A program made the translations under genes and the position numbers. A stretch of 64,000 nt of DNA from Eledone cirrhosa. Lineage: Eukaryota. Below the pieces are notes generated by a model. The model ran no database searches. It was not told the origin of the DNA and saw only the letters and a list, made by a program, of their open reading frames with translations. Position 1 is the stretch's first letter; each line of letters opens with the position of its first letter. Below, one piece after another: positions 35,798 through 48,990 of this stretch. The stretch spans positions 29,946,001 through 30,010,000 of the forward strand of contig OZ024740.1 of NCBI GenBank assembly GCA_964016885.1. The letters are read 5' to 3'.

Positions 35798-36263
35798 ATA
35801 CATACATACATACATACATACATACATACATACATACATACATACATACATACATAAATACATACATGTGAGTGTGTTTTCGTATACATGCGTGTATAAG
35901 AGAGAGGAAAGAAAGAAAGAAATAAAGAGAGAGAGTGACTTTGTATTAGATTTGTGTACGTGGTAGTGGTGGTGGAGGTCGTGGTGGTTGTGGTGGTGGT
36001 AGTGGTGGTGGTAGTGGTGGTGGTAGTGGTGGGGGTGGTGATGGTGGTGGTGGTGTTATTGTTGTTGTTGTTACTGCTGTTGTTGTTGTTGTTGCTGCCC
36101 TTGATGTTGTTGTTGATGACGATAATGATGATGATGATGAAGATTACTATATGGGTTTTTTGTTCTTGTTGATAATGGTGATGGTAATGATGATGATCAT
36201 AATCATCATAATCATGGCGTTTTGTTGTTGTTGTGGAGGTGGTGGTGGTGGTGGTGGTGGTGG
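35798..36263. repeat. (CATA)n, (GA)n, (GTG)n, (TTG)n and (GAT)n compound microsatellite
   Basis: Direct inspection. Confidence 0.85.
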
Positions 36264-37550
36264 TCTATTATCAGGTCCAACCTAACCAACTTAAGTTGAA
36301 AGCCATTCCTATCGTGACAATCTCCTATATTGGCTCCTCTGTATAGGACCCTCATGACCACAAGAGCCAGTTTGATTTTAAGGGCCATAGATTGTGGCGC
36401 ATTGTATAGGTTAACCCTGTGTGTTTATATTTCAAAAGTAAAACACAATGTTGCTTAAGAGAAATCCGAAACTTCCAGTGAGTTCCCAGATCACATGACT
36501 TCCAAAGCTTTGCTAACGGAAAGAAACCTTTTGACCTTTGTAGTGTAATTAAAAGTATATTTGCACCCTAAAAAAGGTAGTTGATCTCCTACGAATAGCT
36601 GAAGGAAGTCAGCTTCTCAGGGACAAAACCCTGGTATTAGATTTATATATAGGCAGAACCTTTTAAGGATCTTCTGAACTCATAAATCCAACAGACCCAC
36701 CCATACTTGACAAGCTTTCAACTCTTCCTCTCCTCTGCTGTTATAACTGGAAGAACTTCTTTCAAATCACGAAGTTACTTGATTAACGTATTGAAAACCA
36801 CAAAGGCGCCAAATGAGGATATATTCCTGGGAGTTATAAATATTACGGAGCTCCTCTGAAGACGAACTTCTCACCTTGTTGGTGATTCCTGAAAACATGC
36901 TACCATCAACAACGCGTCTCCCTTGCCGTCCTCCGGGGAAACGCCTTCTCCAATCTGTCCGCCAGGGCTGTGTGGAGACAAGCCGATTATATTACGAATT
37001 CTGTTTATTAGTCTAACAGTATATTAAAGACTGAGAGTAGACTTAGCACTCTTGCTCTGTCTTTAAGGCAACAATAGAGCGTGCGACAGACCCCTAAAAA
37101 GAGGGTCTCATTTTCAAGGGCGGTGCCCCAGCATGATCTTAGCCGGATGGCTGGAACAGGTAAAAGAGTAAAAGAGTACCTTTTTATTTGCTGAGTTAGA
37201 TAAATGTCTTTCATCATTTTTATTTGTATCCTTATACAATTTTCTCTTAGTCGATCTCATTCTATCATAGGAGATTGTTCTGATTGCAACAACAGACCTG
37301 GCATATCACTTCTGGATGTTGCTGCGTCTTGTAAGAAATAATCCTACACGCATGCCTAGATCTATGAACGAGGTAAATATTTGTATAAACGGACAAAGTG
37401 ATGAGTCTAAACTTTCACTAGAAATAGCAGCCAATAAGGACCGTCTATCAGCTCAACATATACAGCATTACATTAGAGTGAGGGTAAATTATACCTAGGG
37501 AAAGATGCTTCTACTACCATGTACCCCCTCACTGAATTTGTATAAGATGT

Positions 37551-37611
37551 TATATATATATACATGTGTGTGTATATATATATATATACAAATATGTGTA
37601 TGTATATATAT

Positions 37612-37704
<93 letters not shown>

Positions 37705-37713
37705 AATATGTGT

Positions 37714-37753
<40 letters not shown>

Positions 37754-37758
37754 ATGTG
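37551..37758. repeat. (TA)n/(TG)n microsatellite
   Basis: Direct inspection. Confidence 0.9.
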
Positions 37759-38380
37759 AGGGGGGGGGGCTGATGGTAAATAAGATGCTTCCATAGGCGG
37801 TATGCCGATTGAGCACTCTATGCTCTTACAGAGTATTGATAGAATAGAAAACGAAACATCAGTGATGCATCTGAACTCAATTTATTGTGTATTACAATTG
37901 TTTCGCCGGCGGACAGCTCGAGATATTCTCACTGAGCGAGAGAATATGGTCATATCATCGCTTCGCTGCGCATTTCCAATATTTTTAATATTTTTAATGC
38001 TTACACTGTTTTTAATGTTTATATCATTTCTCCACACACAGACTATATCAATCATATAAAGAATTTGACACCAGATCAACCAACCTAACACTCGTGTTTA
38101 CCTGCTTAAGTGCTTCTACTACACGTAACTCTCTGCCACACTATATAAACAAGACGCACGTGCTTGCCACACATATAACCTTTGCACTATATAACCGCTT
38201 ATTTTCATGTTGTATTTTAACCTGTATTTTTGATTGTATCTTTTAATATGAATGTAATCTCTAAGTGTGTACTGCCACTCTAAATGCTGTAATGAATGTT
38301 GACCCACAATATTTGCATATGTATCTGTGTGTCTCTTGGGTGAAAAGGAGGTCATATAAGTGTTCATTCAATAATAAATT

Positions 38381-38425
38381 GCTCCGAAGAATCCAAACCT
38401 CGGTTTGGAGGAAACAGTTGTAAGC
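38381..38425 (+). ncRNA. Degenerate minimal hammerhead ribozyme
   Basis: GCT-CCGAAGA-A-TCCAAAC/CTCG/GTTTGGA-G-GAAA-CAGTTG-TA-AGC. The core CTGA is mutated to CCGA and stem I is only 3 bp. Confidence 0.55.
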
Positions 38426-38768
38426 TTAAAATGTTTTGAACAGTTCTTTGATTCTTATAATTCATATAACTGCTCTGTAAATCATCTGATGTTTTTACAT
38501 TGAGCTACTTAACTTACTGGTAATAAGGTAGTAATATATTACTGCCTACCACTATTTAGGGTTTGTATAAAAATATATATAACTGCAAAAGGTTTTTGTA
38601 TTTACATAACCATAAATAGTATAATTAATACTAAATATATATATATATATATACAAATATATATATATATACAAATATATATATATATATATACAAATAT
38701 ATATATATATATATATACATATATACATATATGTTGGTTAGATTATCAATATTAGTATTATTGGGGCA

Positions 38769-38895
38769 CCCACTGATGAATTATAGGAGCCCACTTGAAT
38801 ATATATCTATTGATGGTATACAAGCTCCTACATAAATTGGTATAATTTAACCCAAATTGTAGGAATCCTATAATGAAACGAGACGTCCGTCTGGG
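38769..38895 (+). ncRNA. Type I hammerhead ribozyme with an enlarged, branched stem II
   Basis: CCCA-CTGATGA-ATTATAGGA...TCCTATAAT-GAAA-CG/AGACGTC/CG-TC^-TGGG. Confidence 0.8.
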
Positions 38896-39239
38896 AAGAG
38901 ATATATTCGATATGTCTCATATGAAATAATACAGCCAATTTTCCACGCAATACTTTTAGTTAGCACCCCGAATGCATAATTGGGAATATAATCACTTATT
39001 TCCTAATGTTTGTTGAGTGAGTTGGAATTTGGCCGGAGTATCGCTAAAAAGCTTTCTCCGATATTGTATTTATTGTATTTATAGATATATATATATATTT
39101 AAGAGTTAAACAAGGTTCTATGAATAAATCAAAGAATGAGTTTTACAATAGATTGGAAGCACTCCACAGTTATGGTTTTCCGGTGTTATTAATATTAATT
39201 CAAAATATTAACAAAAATAGACATTCGTGTGATCAAGTA

Positions 39240-39297
39240 TATTTTATTATACATATTTCAGAGGTACGTCAACAGTACGTCCTCATCAGATAAAATA
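39240..39297 (-). ncRNA. Minimal hammerhead ribozyme in the left arm
   Basis: TATTTTAT-CTGATGA-GGACGTAC..GTACCTCT-GAAA-TATGTA-TA^-ATAAAATA. Stem I is 8 bp; the base of stem II is imperfect. Confidence 0.72.
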
Positions 39298-40199
39298 AGA
39301 TGATGCATGACATACCCTGACTTAGTAGATGGTTAAGATTCAGTCATGGCAGTGAATAAGATATGACAACTCAATATTTATATACCTTAAGATTGGGACA
39401 TGAAAACATTACATATAATACAGAGGGTGCGTGTGAGAAAGCTTATAAAAATACATAATAGCAATTTACATAACTGTTAGAGATTCAAATAATTTAAATT
39501 ATTGAAGAAAAAAAGAAAGACAGAGAGAGAAACAGATGAGGAAAAAGATAGTTACTAGAAGTATAGAAATATCTTATGCACGAAAGCAAAAGAGAATTGA
39601 TGAAGGATAAAGAGACAAAGAAGAATCATTTTTATAGTATAAAGCATAGGGAGGGAGATTTGTATTGTCGTGGATAAATAGCGTATAATTAGATGATGCA
39701 AATATATATATATATAAATAAATAAATAAATATACATTTGGGCATAGCTTTGTGAAAGAATAATTTCGAATCGTTGAATTATCTAGAAATAATCAATTAA
39801 TCTAAATATCAAATATTTAGATTAATTGGGTTAGTTATTTGAGGGTTTAATTTCGAGTCCTTAAGTTAATTAGTAATAGACTATTAATCAATTATATATA
39901 TCCAAACGTATCCGGATGACCGTTAAATTTCGAATCATTTATGTTAGTTCAAAATAGTCTCTTCAAAATAGCCTCGCAAAAAGTCAGGAAAAAACACTGA
40001 ATAAATAAGTTCTAATTTTTGACGTTTCTCATCAACTGAGTGCGTAAAATGATACTATAACAGATTATAAAACCTTATAATAATTTTTATTCATTTACGA
40101 TATGATTAATGTTAGATTAAGGGTTCTATATAAATACATAAACATATAGACTGTTAACATGATCTCTTGATGAATATGCATATCATTTGATTGTGTAAG

Positions 40200-41470
40200 T
40201 ACATTTAATTTTGTCGGGATTTTTGTATTTTTTAAAATATATAGCTTATATGGTTAACAGTTACAAGGAACCGTAGACCATTGATTTATTTATTTGGAAT
40301 ATGTTGATTTATATATTTATGGTATATGTGTCCAACACGATCCTAGTCGACAAACTTTTTCCACTTAACATGATGTAAAACTTCAATTTTGACATTATTA
40401 ACAATAATTGTATTTATTATTTATTATATGTATATAAATCACTAATATCGTCTTAAGTTTTAAACAGAATACTCTGTATGTATTTAGATAAATGTGTATA
40501 TCTAGTTTAATAACATCCTTCTAGATACTTAAGGACATTCTAGTGTTATAATTGTTAAATATTTTCTAAATTATATAATGATTATTATTTTTTTAAATAT
40601 ATTTTTTTTTATATAATTAAATTTGGGTTACCTTCGGGTTGATGAAAATCTTAAGTTCTTTCTCATGTTTGCAGACACTTTAAATATGATATTATACTAT
40701 AATATAGATCCTTAAAAATTTTCTTGTATTTTTAAATTTTATAGCTTAGATATTTGGCACTTATAGGATCGCAAACCATTTATTTATTTATTTTGAATCT
40801 GGTTCTTATCTTTTATGATTCATGAAGTTTGATTTGTATATTTATAGTATTACATGATCATAATATAATAATTGATGTAAAACCTTAATTTTAACAATAT
40901 TAACAGTAACTTATTTATTATATCATATTCGGTGGATTGGCAGTATCGGTAGATGGTCGGACGCCATGCTTTGAAGCATAGAGTTACCTCCCTGTATGAT
41001 CTGAGTTCAAATCCCGCCGAGGTTAACTTTCCCTTTCATCCTTACGGGGTCGATAAAATAAAGTACCAGTAAGGCACTGGTTAATTGCTGGCCTTGTGCC
41101 AAAAGTAGAAAAAATTATATATTATATATAACTGACTAATATCGTCTTAAACTTTAAACAATATACTCTTTGTATACATTTAGACAAATGCGTATATCTA
41201 GTTTAATAATATCCTTTTTAAGTATAATTATAAGGCCTTTGGATACTTTAGGGCATTCTAATTGTTAATTTTAAATGTTTAAAGTTATAATTTTAATTAC
41301 TTTCTAAATTATATAATGATTATTATTTTTTAATATAAAATCTCTTTAATATAATTTTTTTTAAATATAATTTAATATGGATTACCTTCGGGATGAAGAA
41401 AATATTAAGTCTCTTCTTTCTCTTGTTTGCAAATACTTTAAATATGATATTATAAATTAAATATGATAGT
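40200..41470. repeat. Diverged tandem duplication (~520-bp unit) in the spacer; the second copy is interrupted by a SINE
   Basis: Paired blocks occur at ~40220/40722, TGATGTAAAAC at ~40371/40873, ACTAATATCGTCTTAA at ~40441/41135 and TTACCTTCGGG at ~40628/41382. Confidence 0.7.
40931..41115 (+). mobile_element. tRNA-derived SINE with a mollusc-type (MESC/Meta-like) core
   Basis: A box TGGCAGTATCGG, B box GAGTTCAAATCC (41003-41014), core CCTTTCATCCTTACGGGGTCGATAAAATAAAGTACCAG and an AT-rich tail. Confidence 0.82.
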
Positions 41471-42189
41471 ATACTTTAATATAAATACTTATACATTTTT
41501 ATAGCCCGAAATATTATACCTTTAGATTAATTCACTATTTTGAACTAACATAAATGATTTGAAATTTAACGGTCATCCGGATACGTTTGGATATATATAA
41601 TTGATTAATAGTCTATTTCTAATTAACTTAAGGACTAGAAATTAAACCCTCATATAACTAACCCATATATATTTGATATTTAGATTAATTGATTATTTCT
41701 AGATAATTCAACGATTCGAAATTATTCTTTCACAAAGCTATGCCCAAATGTATATTTATTTATTTATTTATATATATATATTTTTGCATCATCTAATTAT
41801 ACGCTATTTATCCACGACAATACAAATCTCCCTCCCTATGCTTTATACTATAAAAATGATTCTTCTTTGTCTCTTTATCCTTCATCAATTCTCTTTTGCT
41901 TTCGTGCATAAGATATTTCTATACTTCTAGTAACTATCTTTTTCTTCATCTGTTTCTCTCTCTGTCTTTCTTTTTTTTTCTTCAATAATTTAAATTATTT
42001 GAATCTCTAACAGTTATGTAAATTGCTATTATGTATTTTTATAAGCTTTCTCACACGCACCCTCTGTATTATATGTAATGTTTTCATGTCCCAATCTTAA
42101 GGTATATAAATATTGAGTTGTCATATCTTATTCACTGCCATGACTGAATCTTAACCATCTACTAAGTCAGGGTATGTCATGCATCATCT

Positions 42190-42256
42190 TATTTTAACTG
42201 ATGAGGACGTACTGTTGAAGATAGCTCAGTACCTCTGAAATATGTATAATAAAATA
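42190..42256 (+). ncRNA. Minimal hammerhead ribozyme in the right arm
   Basis: TATTTTAA-CTGATGA-GGACGTACTG..CAGTACCTCT-GAAA-TATGTATA-ATAAAATA. Confidence 0.7.
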
Positions 42257-42320
42257 TACTTGATCACACGAATGTCTATTTTTGTTAATATTTTGAATTA
42301 ATATATATATATATATACAT

Positions 42321-45270
42321 ATTAAAATTACAGATTAAAGTTTAAGCAAAGAATCGCTGCTTTCACCCTTAACGGGATCTTCTGAAACTATAAACTCAAT
42401 CTGTAAACGCAGAAGTGAATATTTCAAAAAACGTTGCAACCGGAGGAAGAGAGGAAGACGATACTTTGGTTCGTGGAAACGTTCCCTGGCAAAGAACGGG
42501 TAAAAACGAATATAATACGTCATTAATAGGAGCGGTGAAAAACAATTACACGCAAAGACAGAATCACGTTTATGGTATAAAAGAAGTCGTAGACTAATGT
42601 TCCATTAGGTGGTTCATAGAGACGTTCTCTGGCAATGAACGGAAAAAACGAAGATAATACGTCATATGTGGAGCGTGGAGAACAATTGCAAGCAAAGACA
42701 AAACCACATAAATGGTATAACTGAAGTCGTAGACTAAAATTCTAACTAGGAAACCGAATGATCCTCCGCTTCAGAGTTAAGAATAAAGTAAATAAAATAC
42801 AGAGGTAATTGAAATTAAATAAATACATACACGCATCCAAATACGTACATACACAAGCATACGCGAAAACACTCGCCATAGGTATACAAATACACGCACA
42901 TATAAATATGTGTGTGTGTGTGCGTGTATACAAATAATTAAATAAACGTATATAAATAAATAAATACGTATATAACAAGCGCACGCGCATACCTACATGT
43001 AAATACACAAATGTTCGGAGACTACGTCAACCAAAACACGAAGTACACATATACACACACCCTACATACGTACGAACCCGCATAACTCACACAGATGCAA
43101 AACTCACCTATACACATAACCAAAAGCATATGTACCAGAATATATAAAATATACGCCATAACATATACAATCAAATATACGTACGAGAAAGTATACGTAC
43201 CTTCACAAAACATACAGGTAATATATACTTACCTATGCAAATAAGTAATGGTATAAACATAACATATACTTAGCTACCACATCAAGACGTTAAATATCCG
43301 CGTATAGATCGTACTATCCATCCTGCCAGCATAACCAAGAACCTGGTAAGAAACGTTTCTTTGAGGCTTTCCCATCTATCTACTGACGAGCATATTTTCA
43401 ACGACCATTCCACATATTACAATGAAGCTCTTGCTCCGAGTGGATTTGTCGATAAGGTAGCATATACAGAGTATGAGAATAGACCTAGAAGAAATAGATC
43501 CCGACGCATTATATGGTATAACCCACCATATAATATGGAGGTGGCCACACCATTACCTAAGATCTTTCTATCCCTTATTACGAAGCATTTTCCCCCTTCA
43601 CATAAATATAGTAAAATTTTTAATAGAAATACTATTAAAATGTTTATTCTACGACTCCTAACCTTGCACAAAACATCACAGCTTCAAATTTAGCTAAACT
43701 ACGTAGCCGTAGGAACACGTGCAACCCTGTAGTTAATACTAACTTTAATTGTAGGAATCGGGTTGATTGCTCCCTATCCGGGAAATGCCTCTCTAGTAAC
43801 ATTGTTTACAAATGTAGGGTTGAAACACCCACGTCCCGTAGGGCCTACATAGGGTTAACCACCAATAGATTCAAGCATCGTCTTTACATGCCTACCCATT
43901 CTTTTCGTTACCCTCTAAGAAGGAATATGACGTCACTTTCAGCTTATATCTGGAGTCTAAAGGACAACCACACCCAATATAAGTTAACTGGGAGATCCTA
44001 GCTAGGGCTAGATCGCATAACGGAAATAAAAGACCATGTGACCTCTGCGCCGCTGAGACCCTGGAAATACTCGACGCCACAGACCACATCTTAAACAAAA
44101 AATCTGAGGCAATTTCGGCTTGTAAACATAAATTGCACAAAACTTTCCTGTATTACAGCCCCACATTATACCCTAACGGATAGTACGATCTATACGCGAA
44201 TATTTTACGTCTTGATGTGGTAGCTAAGTATATGTTATGTTTATACCATTACTTATTTGCATAGGTAAGTATATATTACCTGTAGGTTTTGTGAAGGTAC
44301 GTATACTTTCTCGTACGTATATTTGATTGTATATGTTATGGCGTATATTTTATATATTCTGGTACATATGCTTTTGGTTATGTGTATACGTGATTTTTGC
44401 GTCTGTGTGAGTATGCGGGTTCGTACGTATGTAGGGTGTGTGTATATGTGTACTTCGTGTTTTGGTTGACGTAGTCTCCGAACATTTGTGTATTTACATG
44501 TAGGTGTGTGCGCTTGTTATATACATATTTATTTATTTATATACGTTTATTTAATTATTTGTATACACGCACACACACACATATTTATATGTGCGTGTAT
44601 TTGTATACCTATGGCGAGTGTTTTCGCGTATGCTTGTGTATGTACGTATTTGGATGCCTGTATGTATTTATTTAATTTCAATTACCTCTGTATTTTATTT
44701 ACTTTATTCTTAACTCTGAAGCGGAGAATCATTCGGTTTCCTAGTTAGAATTTTAGTCTACCACTTCAGTTATACCATTTATGTGGTTTTGTCTTTGCGT
44801 GCAATTGTTCTCCACGCTCCACATATGACGTATTATCTTCGTTTTTTACGTTCATTGCCAGAGAACGTCTCTATGAACCACCTAAGAGAATATTAATCTA
44901 CGACTTCTTTTATACCATAAACGTGGTTCTGTCTTTGCGTGTAATTGTTTTTCACCGCTCCAAATAATGACGTATTATATTCGTTGTTTCCGGTTCTTTG
45001 CCAGGGAACGTTTCCACGAACCAAAGTATCGTCTTCCTGTCTTCCTCCGGTTGCAACGTTTTTTGAAATATTCACTTCTGGGTTTACAGATTGACTTTGT
45101 TAGTTTCAGAAGATCCCGTTAAGGGTGAAAGCAGCGATTCTTTGCTTAAAATTTAATCTGTTATTTTAATAAATATTTGCTCTACGGTTCTTATATATTT
45201 GATATATATTTATACTTATCGAGCCCTCTTTGGATTTTAGTCTTCAAATTTATTATTATTACTATATATA
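42321..45270 (+). mobile_element. Penelope-like element, 5'-truncated, with an inverted duplication of its 3' region (arms 42321-43319 and 44178-45170)
   Basis: The ~1-kb arms are reverse complements (mirror ORFs 42415-42597 and 44893-45075). They enclose a GIY-YIG ORF remnant, with (TA)n on both sides. Confidence 0.85.
43320..44223 (+). pseudogene. Penelope-like ORF C-terminus (RT thumb/linker and GIY-YIG endonuclease), frameshifted
   Basis: RIIWYNPPY..KHFP..KIFNRNTIK, then by manual translation CRNRVDC..SGKCLSSNIVYKC..AYIGLTTNRFKHR..CDLCAAE..LNKKSE..CKH. Confidence 0.85.
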
Positions 45271-45336
45271 TATATTAGAAAGTGAGGTTTTTTTTACAAA
45301 ATGAAAAATAACCGAGGTGTCCTACACGAGTTAAAG

Positions 45337-45977
45337 TATAAAGAAAAAGAGATGAAATCGAAAATGCAACTGGAGTCTTATTTTTTTTTTAAATATATAT
45401 ATTTATTTGGTTCCTTTACCGGTTTCGCAGTTCTTCTTTTTTTTGCAAAAGGTGAGTTGAGATGGAGGGTCTGTGGTTTTTCTCACATCTGGTTGGTCTC
45501 TGAATGTTACTTGTTTTATATGGAAAAAGTGGCTCGAAATGCCAGGTTTTTCGAGAAGTAATTTGATTGGTTTGTCAATAATTATAATAAATTTCGCGCC
45601 AGTTCGCGTTACAATAGTTCTTCAAATAAGAGGGGGGGGTTGTCACAGGTTGGTTTTTCATATATGAGTGTTTGAATTTCTTTTTACTTGAAAAAAGGAC
45701 GCTCACGAAGGCTTTTTGGGGGGGGGGGGGTTATAAATGAAATTATGGCTGTCACGTGAACAAATTTTCATTAAATTTTTGTGCCCTTATTTGGAAATCC
45801 ATTCTGTAGCCTTTTTAGAGATTTTTTTGATAAGTGAAAGATAATGGTCAAGAGAAAGAGGTGGGAGAATTGTTCTGGTTCAGTGAATATGGTTAGTTCG
45901 CTGGGGTGTCAGAATTCAGATTTTCTATTGAATAAAGAAAGTAAAGATATGTGTGTTTATTTGTGTGCTTGTGTGTG

Positions 45978-46015
<38 letters not shown>

Positions 46016-46728
46016 AATTTCTTTACTTTAAAAAAAGGTGAGCCACCTTTTTTTAAAGTAAAGAAATTCAAACACACACACACACACACACGCACACACA
46101 TACACAAGCACACAAATAAACACATATCTTTACTTTCTTTATTCAATAGAAAATCTGAATTCTGACACCCCAGGGAACTAACCATATTCACTGAACCAGA
46201 ACAATTCTCCCACCTCTTTCTCTTGACCATTATCTTTCACTTATCAAAAAATTCTCTAAAAAGGCTACAGAATGGATTTCCAAATAAGGGCACAAAAATT
46301 TAATGAAAATTTGTTCACGTGACAGCCATAATTTCATTTATAACCAAAAAAAAAAAAAGCCTTCGCGAGCCTCCTTTTTTCAAGTAAAAAGAAATTCAAA
46401 CACTGATATATGAAAAAACAACCTGTGACAACCCCCCCCCCCTCTTATTTGAAGAACTATTGTAACGCGAACTGGCGCGAAATTTATTATAATTATTGAC
46501 AAACCAATCAAATTACTTCTCGAAAAACCTGGCATTTCGAGCCACTTTTTCCATATAAAACAAGTAACATTCAGAGACCAACCAGATGTGAGAAAAACCA
46601 CAGAGCCTCCATCTCAACTCACCTTTTGAAAAGCAGAAGAACTGCGAAACCGGTAAAGGAACCAAATAAATATATATATTTTTTTTTAAAATAAGATTCC
46701 AGTTGCATTTTCGATTTCATCTCTTTTT

Positions 46729-46735
<7 letters not shown>
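45337..46735. repeat. Near-perfect ~1.4-kb palindrome with a 3-nt centre (AGC, 46041-46043)
   Basis: Centre reads TTTAAAAAAAGGTG-AGC-CACCTTTTTTTAAA. Mirror ORFs are 45473-45667/46380-46601 and 45844/46230. Confidence 0.93.
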
Positions 46736-46770
<35 letters not shown>

Positions 46771-46901
46771 GTCAAACTTAGACTGTCTCTCTGAACAAAG
46801 ACATTGGCCTATTATACCTCTATGTGGTCCTTGACTGTGCTAGAAATAGCAGTCAACTTCCTTTAAATGTCGCCCATCCGTTTTAAAAGAAGGGAAACAT
46901 A

Positions 46902-46977
46902 CAGGGTGTCCCGAAAAATGTATACTCACTTTGATTACAATGTTGTTTGAGTTTATATATATTTTTGGGACAGCCTG
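46902..46977. mobile_element. 76-bp Tc1/mariner-type MITE
   Basis: TA|CAGGGTGTCCCGAAAAATGTATA...TATATATTTTTGGGACAGCCTG|TA, giving terminal inverted repeats with a TA target-site duplication. Confidence 0.8.
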
Positions 46978-47339
46978 TATACGTGCGACGATATCGCAGA
47001 TATGTATATAAAAAGATGCAATGGTACAACTGAAACAGTTTCCACCATAGTTCTGCTAAATCAGGGAGAACTAGATATAAACTACAGTTAATATCGATTG
47101 ACCACTGCACTAAACTATTTAACCAATTACACCCTCCTCCAATACAAGTGCTGCCCCCCCCTCCCTGGGATTCCTCCCTCTCACCCCTGTTTCGCCTTAC
47201 AGGCGCCGACCTAGATAACTTCAACCACATCGATCTTACCTCTGTCTATAAGGGTTTCCAAAGATTATGGAGCTCTACTGACCTCTCCCCCCCCCCTATC
47301 ACATCCCCGTCTTCTTTGCTGAATCAATATAAAGCAGCA

Positions 47340-47737
47340 AGCCACAACATCAGCAACAACTATAACAACAACAGTGGTAACAACAACAACAACAACAACA
47401 ATAACATCAACAACGACTGCAGCAGTACAGACAACAACAAAAACAACATCAACAATAACAGCAACAGTACTAACAACAATAACAACAACAATAACAGTAG
47501 CAGTAATAACAACAACAACAACAGCATCAATAATAACAATTACAGTAACTACAGTAACGTCATCAACAACCACCACAACAACAACAATACTAGCAACTAC
47601 AAAACGACAATCAATTTCAACAACAACTTTAACAATATTAACAACAACAACAGCAACAGCAGTAATTACAACAACAACAATAACATCAGCAGCACTACAG
47701 CAATTACAACAACTACACTAACAACATTAACAACACC

Positions 47738-47792
<55 letters not shown>

Positions 47793-48334
47793 CCAACAAC
47801 AACACCAACAACACCAACAACACCAAAACACAAACTACTGCACCAACAACAACAACAACAACAACAACTACAACACCAACAACAACACCAAACAGCAACA
47901 ACACCAACAACACCAACAACACCAACAACAACACCAACAACTACAACACCACCAACAACAACAACAACACCAACAACAACAACAATACCACCACCAACAA
48001 CAACACCACCAACAACACTACCACCACCACCAACAACAACAACACCACCAACAACAACAACACCACCAACAACAACAACACCACCACCAACAACAACAAT
48101 ACCACCACCGACAACAACAACACCAACAACAACAACACCACCACCAACAACAACACCACCACCACCAACAACAACAACAACAACACCACCACCAACAACA
48201 ACACCACCACCACCAACAACAACAAAAACAACACCACTACCAACAACAACCACAACAACAACACCACTACCAACAACAACCACAACAACAACAACACCAC
48301 CACCAACAACAACGACCACAACAACAACAACACC

Positions 48335-48413
<79 letters not shown>

Positions 48414-48990
48414 CCACCACCAACAACAACAACACCACTACCAACAACAACAACCACAACACCACCACTACCAACAACAGCAACAATAACCACCACCACC
48501 ACCACAACAACAACAACAACACCACCAACAACAAGACCACCACCAACAACAACAACACCACCAACAACAACAACACCCCCACCACCTACAACAACACCAA
48601 CAACAACACCACCAACAACAACACCACCACCAACAACAACAACACCACCAACAACAACACCAACAACAATACCACCACCAACACCACCAACAACACCACC
48701 ACCAACAACAACAACAACAACACCACTACCAACAACAACAACCACAACACCACCACTACGAACAACAACACCACCACCACAACTACCAAAAACAACAACA
48801 ACACCAACACCAACAACAATACCACCACCAACACCACCAACAACACCACCACCAACAACAACAACAACAACAACACCACTACCAACAACAACAACCACAA
48901 CACCACCACTACCAACAACAACACCACCACCACAACTACCAAAAACAACAACAACACCAACACCAACAACAATACCACCAACTAAACCAA
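47340..48990 (+). repeat. (AAC/ACC)n trinucleotide-derived low-complexity array
   Basis: Direct inspection. ORF 47148-48995 is almost entirely N, T, Q and P. Confidence 0.9.

Larger units (their letters stand above)
39192..42304. mobile_element. Long inverted-repeat element: arms 39192-39958 and 41534-42304, probably inverted Penelope-type pLTRs
   Basis: The ~770-bp arms are reverse complements (mirror ORFs 39555-39737 and 41748-41930). Each has an outward-facing hammerhead. The spacer is AT-rich. Confidence 0.8.

Noticed and set aside
36855-36905. CTGAAGA...GAAA hammerhead-like spacing
   Set aside because: No stem I pairing and a poor stem II base.
36450-38380. Possible decayed retroelement or host exons
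   Set aside because: No recognisable motifs in any frame; left unannotated.
45100-45145. Hammerhead-like CAGAAGA-TCCC/GTTAA/GGGT-GAAA (mirror at ~42346-42390)
   Set aside because: The core is mutated and there is no convincing stem I or III; at best a decayed relic.
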